A DNA stretch of 64,000 nucleotides from Chiloscyllium plagiosum. Its lineage: Eukaryota. Position numbers and translations under genes: made by a program. Positions 39,985 through 51,829 of this stretch are shown piece after piece (positions within the stretch are counted from its first letter, which is position 1; every line of letters starts with the position of its first letter). The notes beneath the pieces are model-generated. The model saw only the letters and a list, made by a program, of their open reading frames with translations, was not told the origin of the DNA and did not search any database. Location of the stretch: positions 1,002,330 through 1,066,329 of the forward strand of contig NC_057753.1 of the NCBI RefSeq assembly GCF_004010195.1. The letters run 5' to 3'.

Positions 39985-40070
39985 ACACTGCATTAATTGT
40001 TATCGTTTTCATTATCTTGTTTACTCTTAGCATGTGGCCCAGTGGCTTCAATTTTTCGAGAGCTACTTGA
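39985..40070 (+). other. Ig TM1-like exon, open reading frame with its own stop; function or pseudogene status unknown
   Basis: gcattttgatacag|AC (phase 1) reads (D)TALIVIVFIILFTLSMWPSGFNFSRAT*. FIILFTLSM aligns with FIILFILST (5580 exon) and FVILFTLSM (31796 pseudo-exon). Confidence 0.55.
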
Positions 40071-40659
40071 CCTTACAATCCTTCCTCCAACGACTTCCTT
40101 GACATGCAGTGTAGTCAATCCCAGCTCATCCATGGAATAACGTTGCAATACGGGTGAGAGCTGATTACGACTGGATAAACCGAAACTGACTGTCAATAAG
40201 CAACTTATTCCTAAGCAGATCTTATTTGACAACACTGTTGATGAGTTTTGTTTTCACTTCAGATCATCGAGAGTAGAACGATGAAGCAGTACTTAGAGGA
40301 TTGGATGTGTTCTGCCCATTCTTTACATGTCATAGGTCAGCACTGTTTTGCTTTTTCAAGGAGATAACAGTGTTTCGGATGTACTGGAAAAGCTTGACTC
40401 GAAGCGTAGAATTTCTCGACCTCAACTCTTACATATGAATGACACTATCTTTTCAAAGGCCATAGCCTTTTCAGTGTCCAGTGTTTCCAGTCGCTTTTTT
40501 TTTTCATTCATTGTATATGGTGGTCACTGTCTGAACTAGCATCTATTTCTCGTGACTTGTTGCTGCAATGAATGAAATGGTGAACAGCTTTCTTGAATTG
40601 TTGAAGTTCATTTGCTGAAGATCCACTACAATATCTTTAAGGAACACGTTCCAAGAATT

Positions 40660-43080
40660 TCCCTCAGGGGAAGGCAGCAGTTGTCAAGCAGTTGGCACCG
40701 TGGCAGGCTCTGCTGTTCAGAAGGGCGGGAAAAAGACTCGTAAAGCCATAGTCATATTGTGAGGGGAGTAGATAGGCAGTTCTGTGGCCGAAAACTGGAC
40801 ACCCGGATGGTATGTTGCCTCGGGTCAGGGATGTCATTGATCGGCTGCAGAGCATTCTAAAAGGGAAGAGTGAACAGCCAGTTCTCTTGGTGCATATGGG
40901 CAAAACGACATAAGTAGAAAGCGAGATGAGGTCCTGAAAGAAGAATTCAGGGTGCTAGGAGAGAAGTTAAAGGGAAGGACCTCAAAGGTAGTGATCTCGG
41001 GATTACTCCCAGTGCCACGTGCTAGCCAGCATAGAAATGAAAAAATGGGCAGGATGAACATGCGACTTGAGAGATGGTGTAGGAGGGAGGAGTTCAGATT
41101 TGTTGGACATTGGGACCGGTTCTGGGGAAGGTGGGACTATTACAAAAGGGACGGTATACATCTGAATCTAACCGGAACCCATGTTCTTGAGGGAGTTTTT
41201 GCTACTGCTGTTGGGGAGGTTATAAACTAATGTGGCAGGGGACTGCTAACCAAAAAATAAACAAGTAGGCAGTGAGGTGGAGATTGGAGACTGTAAGAAT
41301 TATGAAGATAACATTAATAAAGGGAAGAATAGGCAGAGAGCAGGTGAGCGCAAAAGAGATGGTGGCCTGAAATGCAGCTACTTTAATGCAAGGGGTATAG
41401 TGTGTAAGGCAGATGAACTTAGGGCTTGGATTGTTGCCTGGGACTGTGACATTATTGCCATCACAGAGACTTGGTTGAAGGAAGAGCGTGATGATTGGCA
41501 ACTAAATGGTACAGAGTACAGACGCTTCAGACAGGACAGGGAGGGAAGTAAAAGGGGGGGGGTGGAGTTGCATTGCTGGTCAGGGAGGATATCACAGCTG
41601 TGCTAAAGGAGGACACTATGGCGGTCTTGGGTAGTGAGGCATTCTGGGTGGAGCTGAGAAATAAGAAGGGTGCGGTTCCATTGTTAGGGCTGTGTTACAG
41701 ACCTCCCAACAGTGAGCATGAGGTGAAAGAACAAATAAGTAAACAGATTATGAATAGATGTAGAGGCAATAGGGTAGTGGTGATGGGATATTTTAATTTT
41801 CCCAACATTAGCTGGGATACACTTAGCGTCAGAGGTCTGGATGGAGTAGAATTTGTACGAAGCGTCCAGGAGAGTTTTCTAGAGCAGTATGTCAATATGG
41901 AGGGGCCATATTGGACCTGGTACTGGCGAATGAGTCAGGACAAATGGTAGAAATTGTGGTGGGAGATTTCTTTGGGAACAGTGACCACAATTCTGTAAGT
42001 TTTAGTATACTCGTAGATAAAGAAGATAGAGGCCCTAAGGGAAGTGTACTAAACTGGGCCAAGGTCAATTATATCAAACTTAGGCAGGAACTGGGAAATG
42101 TTGATTCGACACAGCTATTTGAAGGGAGGTCCACATTTGAGATGTGGGAGGCTTTCAAAGATAAGTTAATGGTAGTGCAGGATTGGCATGTCCCGTTGAA
42201 GGCTAAGGATAGGAAGGGCAGATTAGTGAACCGTGGATGACAGGAGAAGTTGTACGACTAGCCAAGAGGAAAAGGGAAGCGTACATAAGGTCTAGGCAGC
42301 GAAGAACAGAACGGGCCCTGGAGGAATATCAGAAGAGTAGGACAAGTCTTAAACAAGAAATTAAGCGTGCTAAAAGGGGTCATGAAATAGCTTTAGGAAG
42401 CAGAATTAAGGAAAATCCCAAAGTATTTTATTCTTATATATGAAGCAAGCAGGTAATTAGAGAAAGGATTGGTTCACTAAAACATAATGAAGGAATGATT
42501 TGGAGATGCTGGTGTTGGACTGGGATGTACAAAGTTAAAAATCACACAACACCAGGTTATGGTCCAACAGGTTTAGTTGGAAGCACACGAGCCTTCGGAG
42601 CGATGCTCCTTCATCAGGTGAATTAAGATTACTGTGTTCAGTTCTGGTCGCCATATTGCCAAAAGGACGTGGACGGTTTAGAGAGGGTGCAGAGTAGGTT
42701 TACGAGGACGTTGCCTGGTATGGAAGGTGCTAGCTATGAAGAGAGGTTGTGTAGGTTAGGTTTATTTTCACTAGAAAAACAGGAGCTTGGGGGAACCTGA
42801 TTTAGGTTTACAAAATCATGAAGCATATAGACAGGGTGGATAGAGAGAAGCTATTTCTCAGTGTGAAGGATTCATTAACGAGAGGTCGTGCTTTCAAGGT
42901 GAGAGGTGGAAAGTTTAAGGGGGGATGCACGCGGCATGTACTTCACACAGAGGGTGGTGTGCATTTGGAACGCGTTGCCAGCAGATTTGCTAGAGGCAGG
43001 CACGGTAAAGTCATTGAAGATGCGTCTGGACAGATGTATGAGTAGGTGGGGAGCAGATGATGATGAGTGCCTTGGAAGGG
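40660..43080 (+). mobile_element. CR1-type LINE with ORF1 esterase and endonuclease; most of RT missing, Penelope-type fragment at the junction (~42497-42622)
   Basis: KVVISGLLPVP…DGIHLN, YFNARGI…IAITETWL, GYFNFPNI and SDHNSV, then a jump to YCVQFWSP. Confidence 0.92.
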
Positions 43081-43129
43081 GATTTGCTGTTTGTGACGTG
43101 CACGTGCGCTGATGCCATTGTTATTTTCT

Positions 43130-44760
43130 GTACAAACCAAAGTAGATAGGAAGTTACTGTTTAAAGACCCTTGGTGAATTTCTTTCGTGCAGTTTGTACA
43201 TTGCTCTTGTTGAGTGTCATGAAAGAAAGCAGTGAACAGTTGTATATTTGGTGCCAATCAAACGACATGCTTTGTCCTGGATGGTGTCAAAATCCTCGAC
43301 TGCTGTCAGAGGTGACAGATATACCCATATCAAGAATAATCTGGAGGAGGCCGAGATTTGCGAAGCACTCAGCACTTCAAACATTAACACAATCCTGACA
43401 GTTCAGAAAGAGGTAATTCGGCCCATCTAGTCAGCAAACACCAGACATAGGTCCACTATCTACCACAACCTTGTAATGCTGCTATGGGGCTTTTGCCACA
43501 GCTAACCCTCTAAGCATGCAAATCTGTGTACACTATGGGGCAAAGTTTCATCGTGGTTACGCAATGAATCTGCACATCTTTGGACTGTTGAGGGAACCTA
43601 CAGAGAGAGAAGGATAACGTGCGAACTCTACACAGAAAATCACTAAAGGCTGAAAACAAATTTACTAATCCCTGAATTGAATTAAACTATATTGAACTGA
43701 ATCGGTTTTATTGTCACATGCGCTCGAATGGGTGCAATTAAAAGTTTCCAAGTGGCCACATTATGGCCGCATGTGATTTACAAGACACCAAGTACAATTA
43801 TTTAATTATTTGTTATAAAATAGAAAGAAAAGCCTAGCACAAAATATATATAGGAAACATAAAATCACTCTGTATTGTTCTAAGCATTCTTCCCTGCATG
43901 TTTCATTCAACAATTGCCGAATCCCTTCCAAGATGATTCTTGTAGATTGGCTATGCCGAATTATGAGATGGCAAGCTTGTTGGAGTACAATTTTCTGCTG
44001 ATGATTCTACATGCCGCTGCATTGATGCCCCATTTTGATTTGCTTGATCTCTTCCAAGCCCATCTAATTTAGCATGAAGACCATTGTACACAACACAGTG
44101 GCAGTTAAACTGACTATGACAACAGTTTGTGCTATGCTGACATGCTTGTGTATTGGTCACTCTTAGGACACTGTCATGGCGAGGTGCATTTAGAGGAGAT
44201 TGATTAGTGAAGATAAGATCAAGTATGTTTTTGCCTTCACATTGGTCACCTCACCACCTCATCACTCTTACCATAGTCCAGTTTTTCTTTCAAGTCGTCC
44301 TCAACATGGAGGAGTACTGACTTCTTTGGCTGACGAGATTGCCTTGCATACTGTTGACCTGATGCCATGAGGTGTCAATGTTATGTAATGCCAGGTCAAC
44401 TCTCTCCCGACTTATTTTCCACCATTTCACCACTTTGCTGGGTATGTCTTTTAAGTGGTACATAAATAGCTTAGAGATGGTGATGGAGGTGTTTGGGGCA
44501 TTGATTCTGTGCATATGACTCTGTCAGACTTACTTTGACTCGTCTTGTGTGACAATTTCTTCAATGCGTTTCTTGTCGTCAGATGCAAGAGATTAGAGCA
44601 TGCTGGTTCGAAAGGGATGGGTTTGCTGTTGTGGTTTCCTATGCCTTAGTTTGTGCCATTTTGTCTATCTGGTTTTAGCTGAGACCTTTCTACGATTGAG
44701 TGTAACTGAACATTTTGTGAGGCCGTTTCAAATGCAGTTAAAAGCCAATCACATATCTCA
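43130..44760 (-). mobile_element. Decayed antisense LINE (CR1/L2 group, same family as 55260-57030) with nested SINE ~43400-43660
   Basis: Shares ggtgccaatcaaac…gctttgt.ctggatg.tgt with 55786-55830. Confidence 0.6.
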
Positions 44761-46211
44761 GGGAAATCAGAGAGGAACAACAAAAACTATATTTTCTAGT
44801 GCACCCACAGTTCCTAATATAATAGAAGAAAATATATTATCTTCCATCCTAAAATTTCTTATTTCAGATTCAAATTTATAGATCGCCGAAGTAAGTCGAG
44901 GAGAAAGACAGCTTCAACTGATTAAAGTTTTGGTATTGTTTCAAGCAATATATACCAAAGATCATCGAAAACAATTTAGGAAACTACAAATGGAATGCGA
45001 CAGAAAGCCAGGAGATTGCTGTGAATAACTTAAAGTACTCTTAAATTCAAACTATTTGCGTTGGAAACAAGCGTTTTGTTTTCACATAAATCCAGGATCC
45101 ACTCAACATTACTTTTGGGTTTAAATTATTCTGTTCAAAGGTGTTACATAGAGATCTCATTTCAGAAACAACCAGTGTCTTCAAGCGTTCCATAAATCTT
45201 ATGGCTTGGTGCACGCCATTCAATTAGAATGTTATTTACCTTCTTAAAATGCTCCTTTAAAGTTCCATGGAATGCAATGAACGTTGTGTTGTGATAAATT
45301 TACACAAGTCAAGAACAGCTAACCTGAAAACATTTCACGCTTCATGACAAGGCTTAATAATTTTGATTTGTGCTTTTGGTTATTCACCGTGATCACAGAA
45401 AATTTTCCTTGTTTCCACTTGGCTTCTCATTAAACGTTTGTTACTATCAGTGAATTCGACATCACTGTCCGGACGTTTACTTCCGGTTTTTGTTTAAAAC
45501 TTGTGTGGGAACGTTTGTCAGTGAAGACTGTAGAACTGTTGCACGATTATCAGCAACTGAACCTAGTATCTCAAAAACATATGGAAACTATTTCCTTAAC
45601 TCCTCTTAACTTGCACATTCAATTTTAATTATTTAAGTTTATTGTTAAGCATAATTATATATAAATTCAAGAAACCACTGAACTGGCGAAATTCCAGAAC
45701 ATAAATCAAAATGAACCGAGAAAAAATAATTGACTGCTCATATGATTAGGTCGGATGTTGCAAGAGCAACAGCGTTTTTGATCCCGGCCTTTCTTAATGA
45801 TCAATAAATAAACGTGAAAAGTGTTCCTACCACATTCTTGAACTCATGAATTCGAATTTCAGAATGTCAATCCCCAGTAATCTTGATTTCCTTACCGATA
45901 CAAGATTCAAACATTCCCTGTAGAACAAATAAACATAGATGTAAGCCATAAAACAGATAGCAGAAGAGTCGAAAGTTAAGAAAAAAAGCCGGAAGTACAC
46001 ATTTCGCTGCTTTTTAGATCACATCACCATAGATTCCCTCCCCAAGGTATTCCATTGACGGAAGAAATGGCTGATTCCAAAGGTTGCTGACAATTGCATC
46101 AGTGATTCAGAAGGGGAAATCTTCAATAAAGCGCTTGCATATATAATATACATTGACAAGAAAGCTAAATTTGTGCATTTCCCCTTACAAATGTAATGAC
46201 AGTAACATATA

Positions 46212-47044
46212 CAGTACTTTGATTTTATTATTCTCAAGACTTTGTCAAATAGCTAAACCCAGAAAGGGTCTCAAGGTTGGCATAGCTGCCCTGGAGCCAA
46301 ACTGCCAAAATGGGATTAATATTTCGAACACTGCATTTTGCGGGGGATTTTTTTCCTGGTACGTATCACTAATATCAAATCAAAAAATTCTGACCCCTTG
46401 GACAAATATTTTGAAATGAGCCATTCACTTTCCAAGGAACACTGCGCAGCACACAACTTACATTGGCACTTTAAGTAACATTTTTACTTGCAGTTAAATA
46501 TGAATTTTTACCCTTTATGTCAATATGATGCAATCTTTGAACATTGATATCCACAAAGGTTACAATGTGAATTGATTCGTACCGGAATATTAGAAGCAGT
46601 TTTGTTTTAAAAGGGGCAAATTCCAGGGCAGTACTTTGATTTTGTTATTCTCAAGACTTTGTCAAATAGCTAAACCCAGAAAGGGTCTCAAGGTTGCCAT
46701 AGCTGCCTTGGAGCCAAACTGCCAAAATGGGATTAATATTTCGAACCCTGCATTTTGCGGGGGATTTTTTTCCTGGTACGTATCACTAATATCAAATCAA
46801 AAAATTCTGACCCCTTGGACAAATATTTTGAAATGAGCCATTCACTTTCCAAGGAACACTGCGCAGCACACAACTTACATTGGCACTTTAAGTAACATTT
46901 TTACTTGCAGTTAAATATGAATTTTTACCCTTTATGTCAATATGATGCAATCTTTGAACATTGATATCCACAAAGGTTACAATGTGAATTGATTCGTACC
47001 GGAATATTAGAAGCAGTTTTGTTTTAAAAGGGGCAAATTCCAGG
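46212..47044 (+). repeat. Two-copy tandem duplication, ~417-bp unit, in unique sequence
   Basis: Units 46212-46628 and 46629-47044; about four substitutions seen by eye. Confidence 0.97.
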
Positions 47045-47369
47045 AAAGTGAAAAGTCCCTGTGCCATCTCAGGTATGAATGAAATTTATGTTTGCTTTGT
47101 ACCTTAAAAATTTTCCTCTACCTTATTTGCAATATAGTTAAATAAGATTTGCAGATAAGCCTATATTTGGAGTGATTTATTTAAATGAACAGACCGTCTG
47201 TCATTTTGCTTAGTCTGTGCAATTCATAAAAGGATATATTTCATATGCATCTTCATTTTGAACGTCGCTCTTCTTTTATCTTATAAGCAAAATTATTTGT
47301 CTATCAATGCAATGTTAAACTTTGCCAACGTAATGCACTGGTTTATAATATGTAAGTGTACTGAAAAGG

Positions 47370-47750
47370 TGTGCAAGGATGTTTCCAGGTATGGAGGATT
47401 TGAGCGATAGGCAGAGGCCGAAGAGACTGGGAGTGTTACTCCCTGGAGAGTCGGAGGCTGAGGTGTAACCAATCATAACAGGTGTTATTAAATCATGGGG
47501 GAAATGCTTAAGGAAAATACATAATGCCGTTTTCCTGGTGTGGGGAGAAAGGAACTAAGGGGTTTCGCTTTTGGGCGAGAGGGGAGATATTGAAGAAGGA
47601 ACTAAGGGTCTTCATTTTCACGCAGAGGGTAATACTTGTATGCAGAGGAAGTGGTGAAGACTGATACGATTACAACATTTTAAAAAGTTTCTGGATGGAT
47701 AAATGAACAGGAAGGGTTTAGAGGGATATGGGCCAAGTGCTGAAAAATGT
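47370..47750 (+). mobile_element. CR1 3' fragment
   Basis: Similar to 33950-34310 (ttttcacgcagagggt, gagggatatgggcc). Confidence 0.8.
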
Positions 47751-49751
47751 TCAGAATATTTTGACCAACTTTGTATTTCCTTTAATGATTAAGTTTGTAA
47801 AATTTGACCTAAATTTTCATAACCATTGCGCCACACGCGAATAAATGCATTTAGGTGCTAAATTCAATCAAAGAAATTGAAACCCTTTCAATTAGGGAAG
47901 CTTGAAGAGCTGCCAATTGTTTTTGTTGGTGAATTTGCTCTTGGGGTGTGCATGATACTGATATCGTCGAACGTTATACACAGTTAGTTGCCCTTTAGAA
48001 GATGCTAATGAGTTATTTAAACTTCTGAATTCTATGTCTGGTTGTTCCATGTGCAACTGTTTCAGGAAGGAACTTGCAATTTTTTGGATTCACTCACAAT
48101 GAAGATATGTTACATATTATTTTATAACAGTGTGATCAGTGACTTGTATGGGACCATCCATGTGTTTGTGTTCCCTTGCCTATTGATTCCTTTTAGTTTC
48201 AGACTGCACAGTGCATTATTTGGAATTAATGAGCTTAATGGTCCAAATGAACGAAAAATGAAGAGCCACAGAAGAGCACTGAGTTACTGTAGTAGAATTT
48301 CATGCACTGCAAGTTTTTTTTTTAACTTCCAAGTAATTTACTGCAAACTGATTGCCGACAGCTGTATGAATTGAACTGAACGTTCCATTTCGCTGACTCT
48401 TGAGTGCATTTTATGAAATAACAGTCAGGATTCGAAATGAAAACGTGAACGTATGAATAGTTCCATCAAAAAACTGCGATTACCATTGACCACCGATTTA
48501 TCTGGTTTCATATCAAGCAAAAACTGTAGATGCTGCAAATCTGGAAATCGGAGAAAGTCAGAATCTCTGTGGAGAAAAAGCCGAGTTATTGTCGCATGTC
48601 CAGAGATTCATATTCATTCATCAGCTTCTGGCTAAAGTAAGTGGTCAGAGATGAAAACTTCTATGATCGGTAAGTGATTTCCCCTCACTGCAAAAAGGCC
48701 AAGGAATGGGGAGAAACAGATGGTTATATAAGTTATGTTATTGTCCCAACATGGAATTAAGAAACTAACTGTTGAAACAAGTCTCATAGAAAATTATGTT
48801 AAACGTTCATGCAAAACGTTATTTGAAAATTTCGAGAGGCACAGACTTGAAATGACCAGAAGGATTAAGGGTGCAAATAGTATTTTCATTATTTGCTGTT
48901 TAATACATAACATTTTTTTCATTGATGATTTAAGGTACTATAATTTCAAAATAATTATTACACATTTTAACTCATCCGGAGGTATTGTTAATGCAGCATT
49001 GTTTTTAAAATAAAAGCTACCATCAACACAAACAATGAAACATCCGAATGCAATGTCTGGTAATTTCAGTTTACGGTTTTATTTTTAAAACTTACCAAAC
49101 AGGAAACTGATTGAAGCTACTCTAACGTGAAAAAATAATTTCGTTAGGTCCTCTTATATAAAGCGAAATTTACTTTCTGGAAAGTTCTACATAGTTCGGT
49201 AAGCTGTTTCCTGTCAAAAATTAATAGGTGCTCACATTTCTTAAAAGAGGAATCACAAGAACGCTGAACAGTTTGTTGGGCTCAGAGTGAATTCAGTTGA
49301 AAATAAACAATCATGCAAAGTTACGACAAAGTATTCTGAAATTAATGCAAGCAAGTCAAGAAACAGGGGGTTAAATACACTGAAAATATTACGGTTGGAA
49401 GAATCAGAAAGCATCATCTTTAAAAAATTTCAATGACGTGTTTTTTAATATTCACATGAACTGGGAAAATGGCCAGTAAATGCCTAAAGAATAATACTTG
49501 CACGTGTTCTGAGGGCTTAATTTATGGGTCCAAATAAAATAAATCCAGGCACACTGCTTTAAACGTTTACCTCAGAATAATCAGAAATGTTCTGTCGGTA
49601 TTCATTAAAGCCAAGTGACTCGTTATATAGCAGAACGAATGTTAAGTTGTGGTGTCACCTGAGTGCAGTTGGTGTTCTGTGGTTACTTGATGCGTTCAGA
49701 TTTGATCTGAGGAACAGCATCTTGTGCCACCTAGTGACTAATGTTTGTAAG

Positions 49752-49956
49752 GAGAAAGTGAGGTCTGCAGATGCTGGAGATCAAAGTTGAAACTTTATTG
49801 CTGGAACAGCACAGCAGGTCAGGCAGCATCCAGGGAACAGGAGATTCGACGTTTCGGGCACAGGCCTGAAGAAGGGCCTGTGCCCGAAACGTCGAATCTC
49901 CTGTTCCCTGGATGCTGCCTGACCTGCTGTGCTGTTCCAGCAATAAAGTTTCAACT
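49752..49956. mobile_element. Penelope-derived fold-back insertion: perfect 82-bp inverted repeat with 15-bp TSD
   Basis: Arms 49785-49866 and 49875-49956 are exact reverse complements around the loop tgaagaag; TSD actaatgtttgtaag at 49737-49751 and 49954-49968. Confidence 0.92.
49866..49897 (+). ncRNA. Minimal type-I hammerhead ribozyme-like motif (Penelope-associated)
   Basis: CUGAAGA, A, stem II GGGC(CUGU)GCCC, GAAA, palindromic ACGU stem III, putative GUC cleavage triplet. Confidence 0.6.
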
Positions 49957-50539
49957 AATGTTTGTAAGTCAAGTAATATGGGCAATGACAAACTGATGAA
50001 AGCTGTTCAAAATGTTTGGTCCGTTCCTCCATGAATTCAGATCATGATTAAGTTGGGTTTTGCATAAAATCAGCAATTTCGCTGTATATGTTGTAACACT
50101 ACCACACAAATATCAAGCGAACTCAGTTGTTCAAGCGAACTCAAATATCAAGCGAACTCAGCGAACATTCCTGTAATCTACTACATTTTGAGGGAGCTAT
50201 CTCCAGATTTTGAATGCTGTTTGTCATGAAAACACCTTGACTCCTGAAAGTTCTCGACATAATTCTAGACCAAAGCAGCACGATTACATAGTTACACAAA
50301 GTCTATTTTGAAGATGTTACCATTTCGATAGTTTAGATAAATACCTCCTCCACCTTCTATACTTTACAGAAGTTATGTAATGTCTCTAGAACATGGTTGT
50401 CGTAATTTAAGTCGAAGCACAGGAATTATCTTTCCTTGTGTTATTGACTGCACCTCCAAAGGCAATGGACGAGCAGTGAACCGAAATAACGCAACGCTGG
50501 CGAAATCTTCCACAGCAAAAAAACACTTGCGCTGTATGT

Positions 50540-50850
50540 TAGTCCAGTTGACTCATTGCTCTTCCCGCCTGCCATTGATTATACAGCCCCTACCGTGTGG
50601 AAGCAGACCATTCTGCCAATGGAGCCCACAACCGAACGTCTGAAACTATCTCACCTGACCCACAATCTACTGTTTCCCTGCAAGTATGCATTTCTCACTA
50701 CTAGTCGACATACACTTTCTTTGACAGTGGGAAGAACCATAGCTCCCACAGAAGAGGGGAGAATGCACAAACTCCAATCGGGCAGTCCTCCACGGTTGGA
50801 ATCAAACCCTTGTCTTTTGTGTTATTCGGCAAGAGTGCCATCCTCTTAGC
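50540..50850 (-). mobile_element. Decayed V-SINE/HE1-like SINE
   Basis: Reverse complement contains ggagtttgtgcattctccc and a B-box-like ggtttgattcc. Confidence 0.65.
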
Positions 50851-51829
50851 TGCTGTGGTGCCCCACTTATCAATTGAGAAACAAGTATCCTTCATCTCTT
50901 TGCACCATTACTGTATCTGTAATAGTTTCTAACTACTATCTCAATCTATCTCTGTTTCCTTATATCGCTCACTGCAGCACAACATGCTCTGCCTCCTTAC
51001 TGATTCACACATTACTTGATTACAACATTAGTACAGTACAACGTTTGTTATCTCAAGCCCAGACATCAGAGATCATCACAGATCTTCTCAGAAAAATTGC
51101 CGATTCTGCTTGCAAATCACAAAGTCATCAAAGTATGCGCCTCAGTTGGTATGTCCGCGTTATTTCGCATTTCCTACCTTCAGACCCTCTCACAAACCCA
51201 ATCATTATTTCTCTCCTCCTGCTACTCGTTTCTGTCACTATTTGCAATTGGTCTTTCGCATCATTCTTCAGATTCATAACCACAGAAAGCGTTTGATCAA
51301 AAGGCTCGAGAAAAAGTGAATTAGGTTTGGCATGAATATCACACAGTCCCTTCCGACTTGCTGATGAAGTGAACTTACGGATATAAATGCGGAAAATCGT
51401 TCATATATCACGGCACTACCTTGCTCACATATCCCCAGGAAAGTGACAAGGACATTTTCAGCGATAAAACTTTTAAAAATGTGAAAAGAATTACCAATCT
51501 GATGGTTTTTTTTTCTCTAACAATGGAATATTTCTCATGACTCCGTATTGTAAGCTACTCTCAAACAGTCAGTGCACCATCATCATACAAGTAATATCTG
51601 CAAGTTAACTTTTTATTGCACTTGCATCCGTTTCTTAACCATGACGCTTTGCAAAACAGCCAAGTCACCAGGGATATGCATATGCAGTAACTGGCATTTC
51701 CTTAACTATTTCTGTAACTTTGTGCACGAATACACAAACCGTAACTGATCATGCCTCAAGGCAGCCAGCCTAGCTCTTTTTGAATGCATGCAGATTTTTT
51801 CACTCTATTGCCTTGAGGAAGAATGTTAA

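Noticed and set aside
46153-46836. Duplicated ORFs …GLKVGIAALEPNCQNG…
   Set aside because: By-product of the tandem duplication; no recognisable domain or splice structure.
50105-50166. Three to four copies of tcaagcgaactca
   Set aside because: Local slippage-type micro-duplication; no regular spacers, not CRISPR-like.
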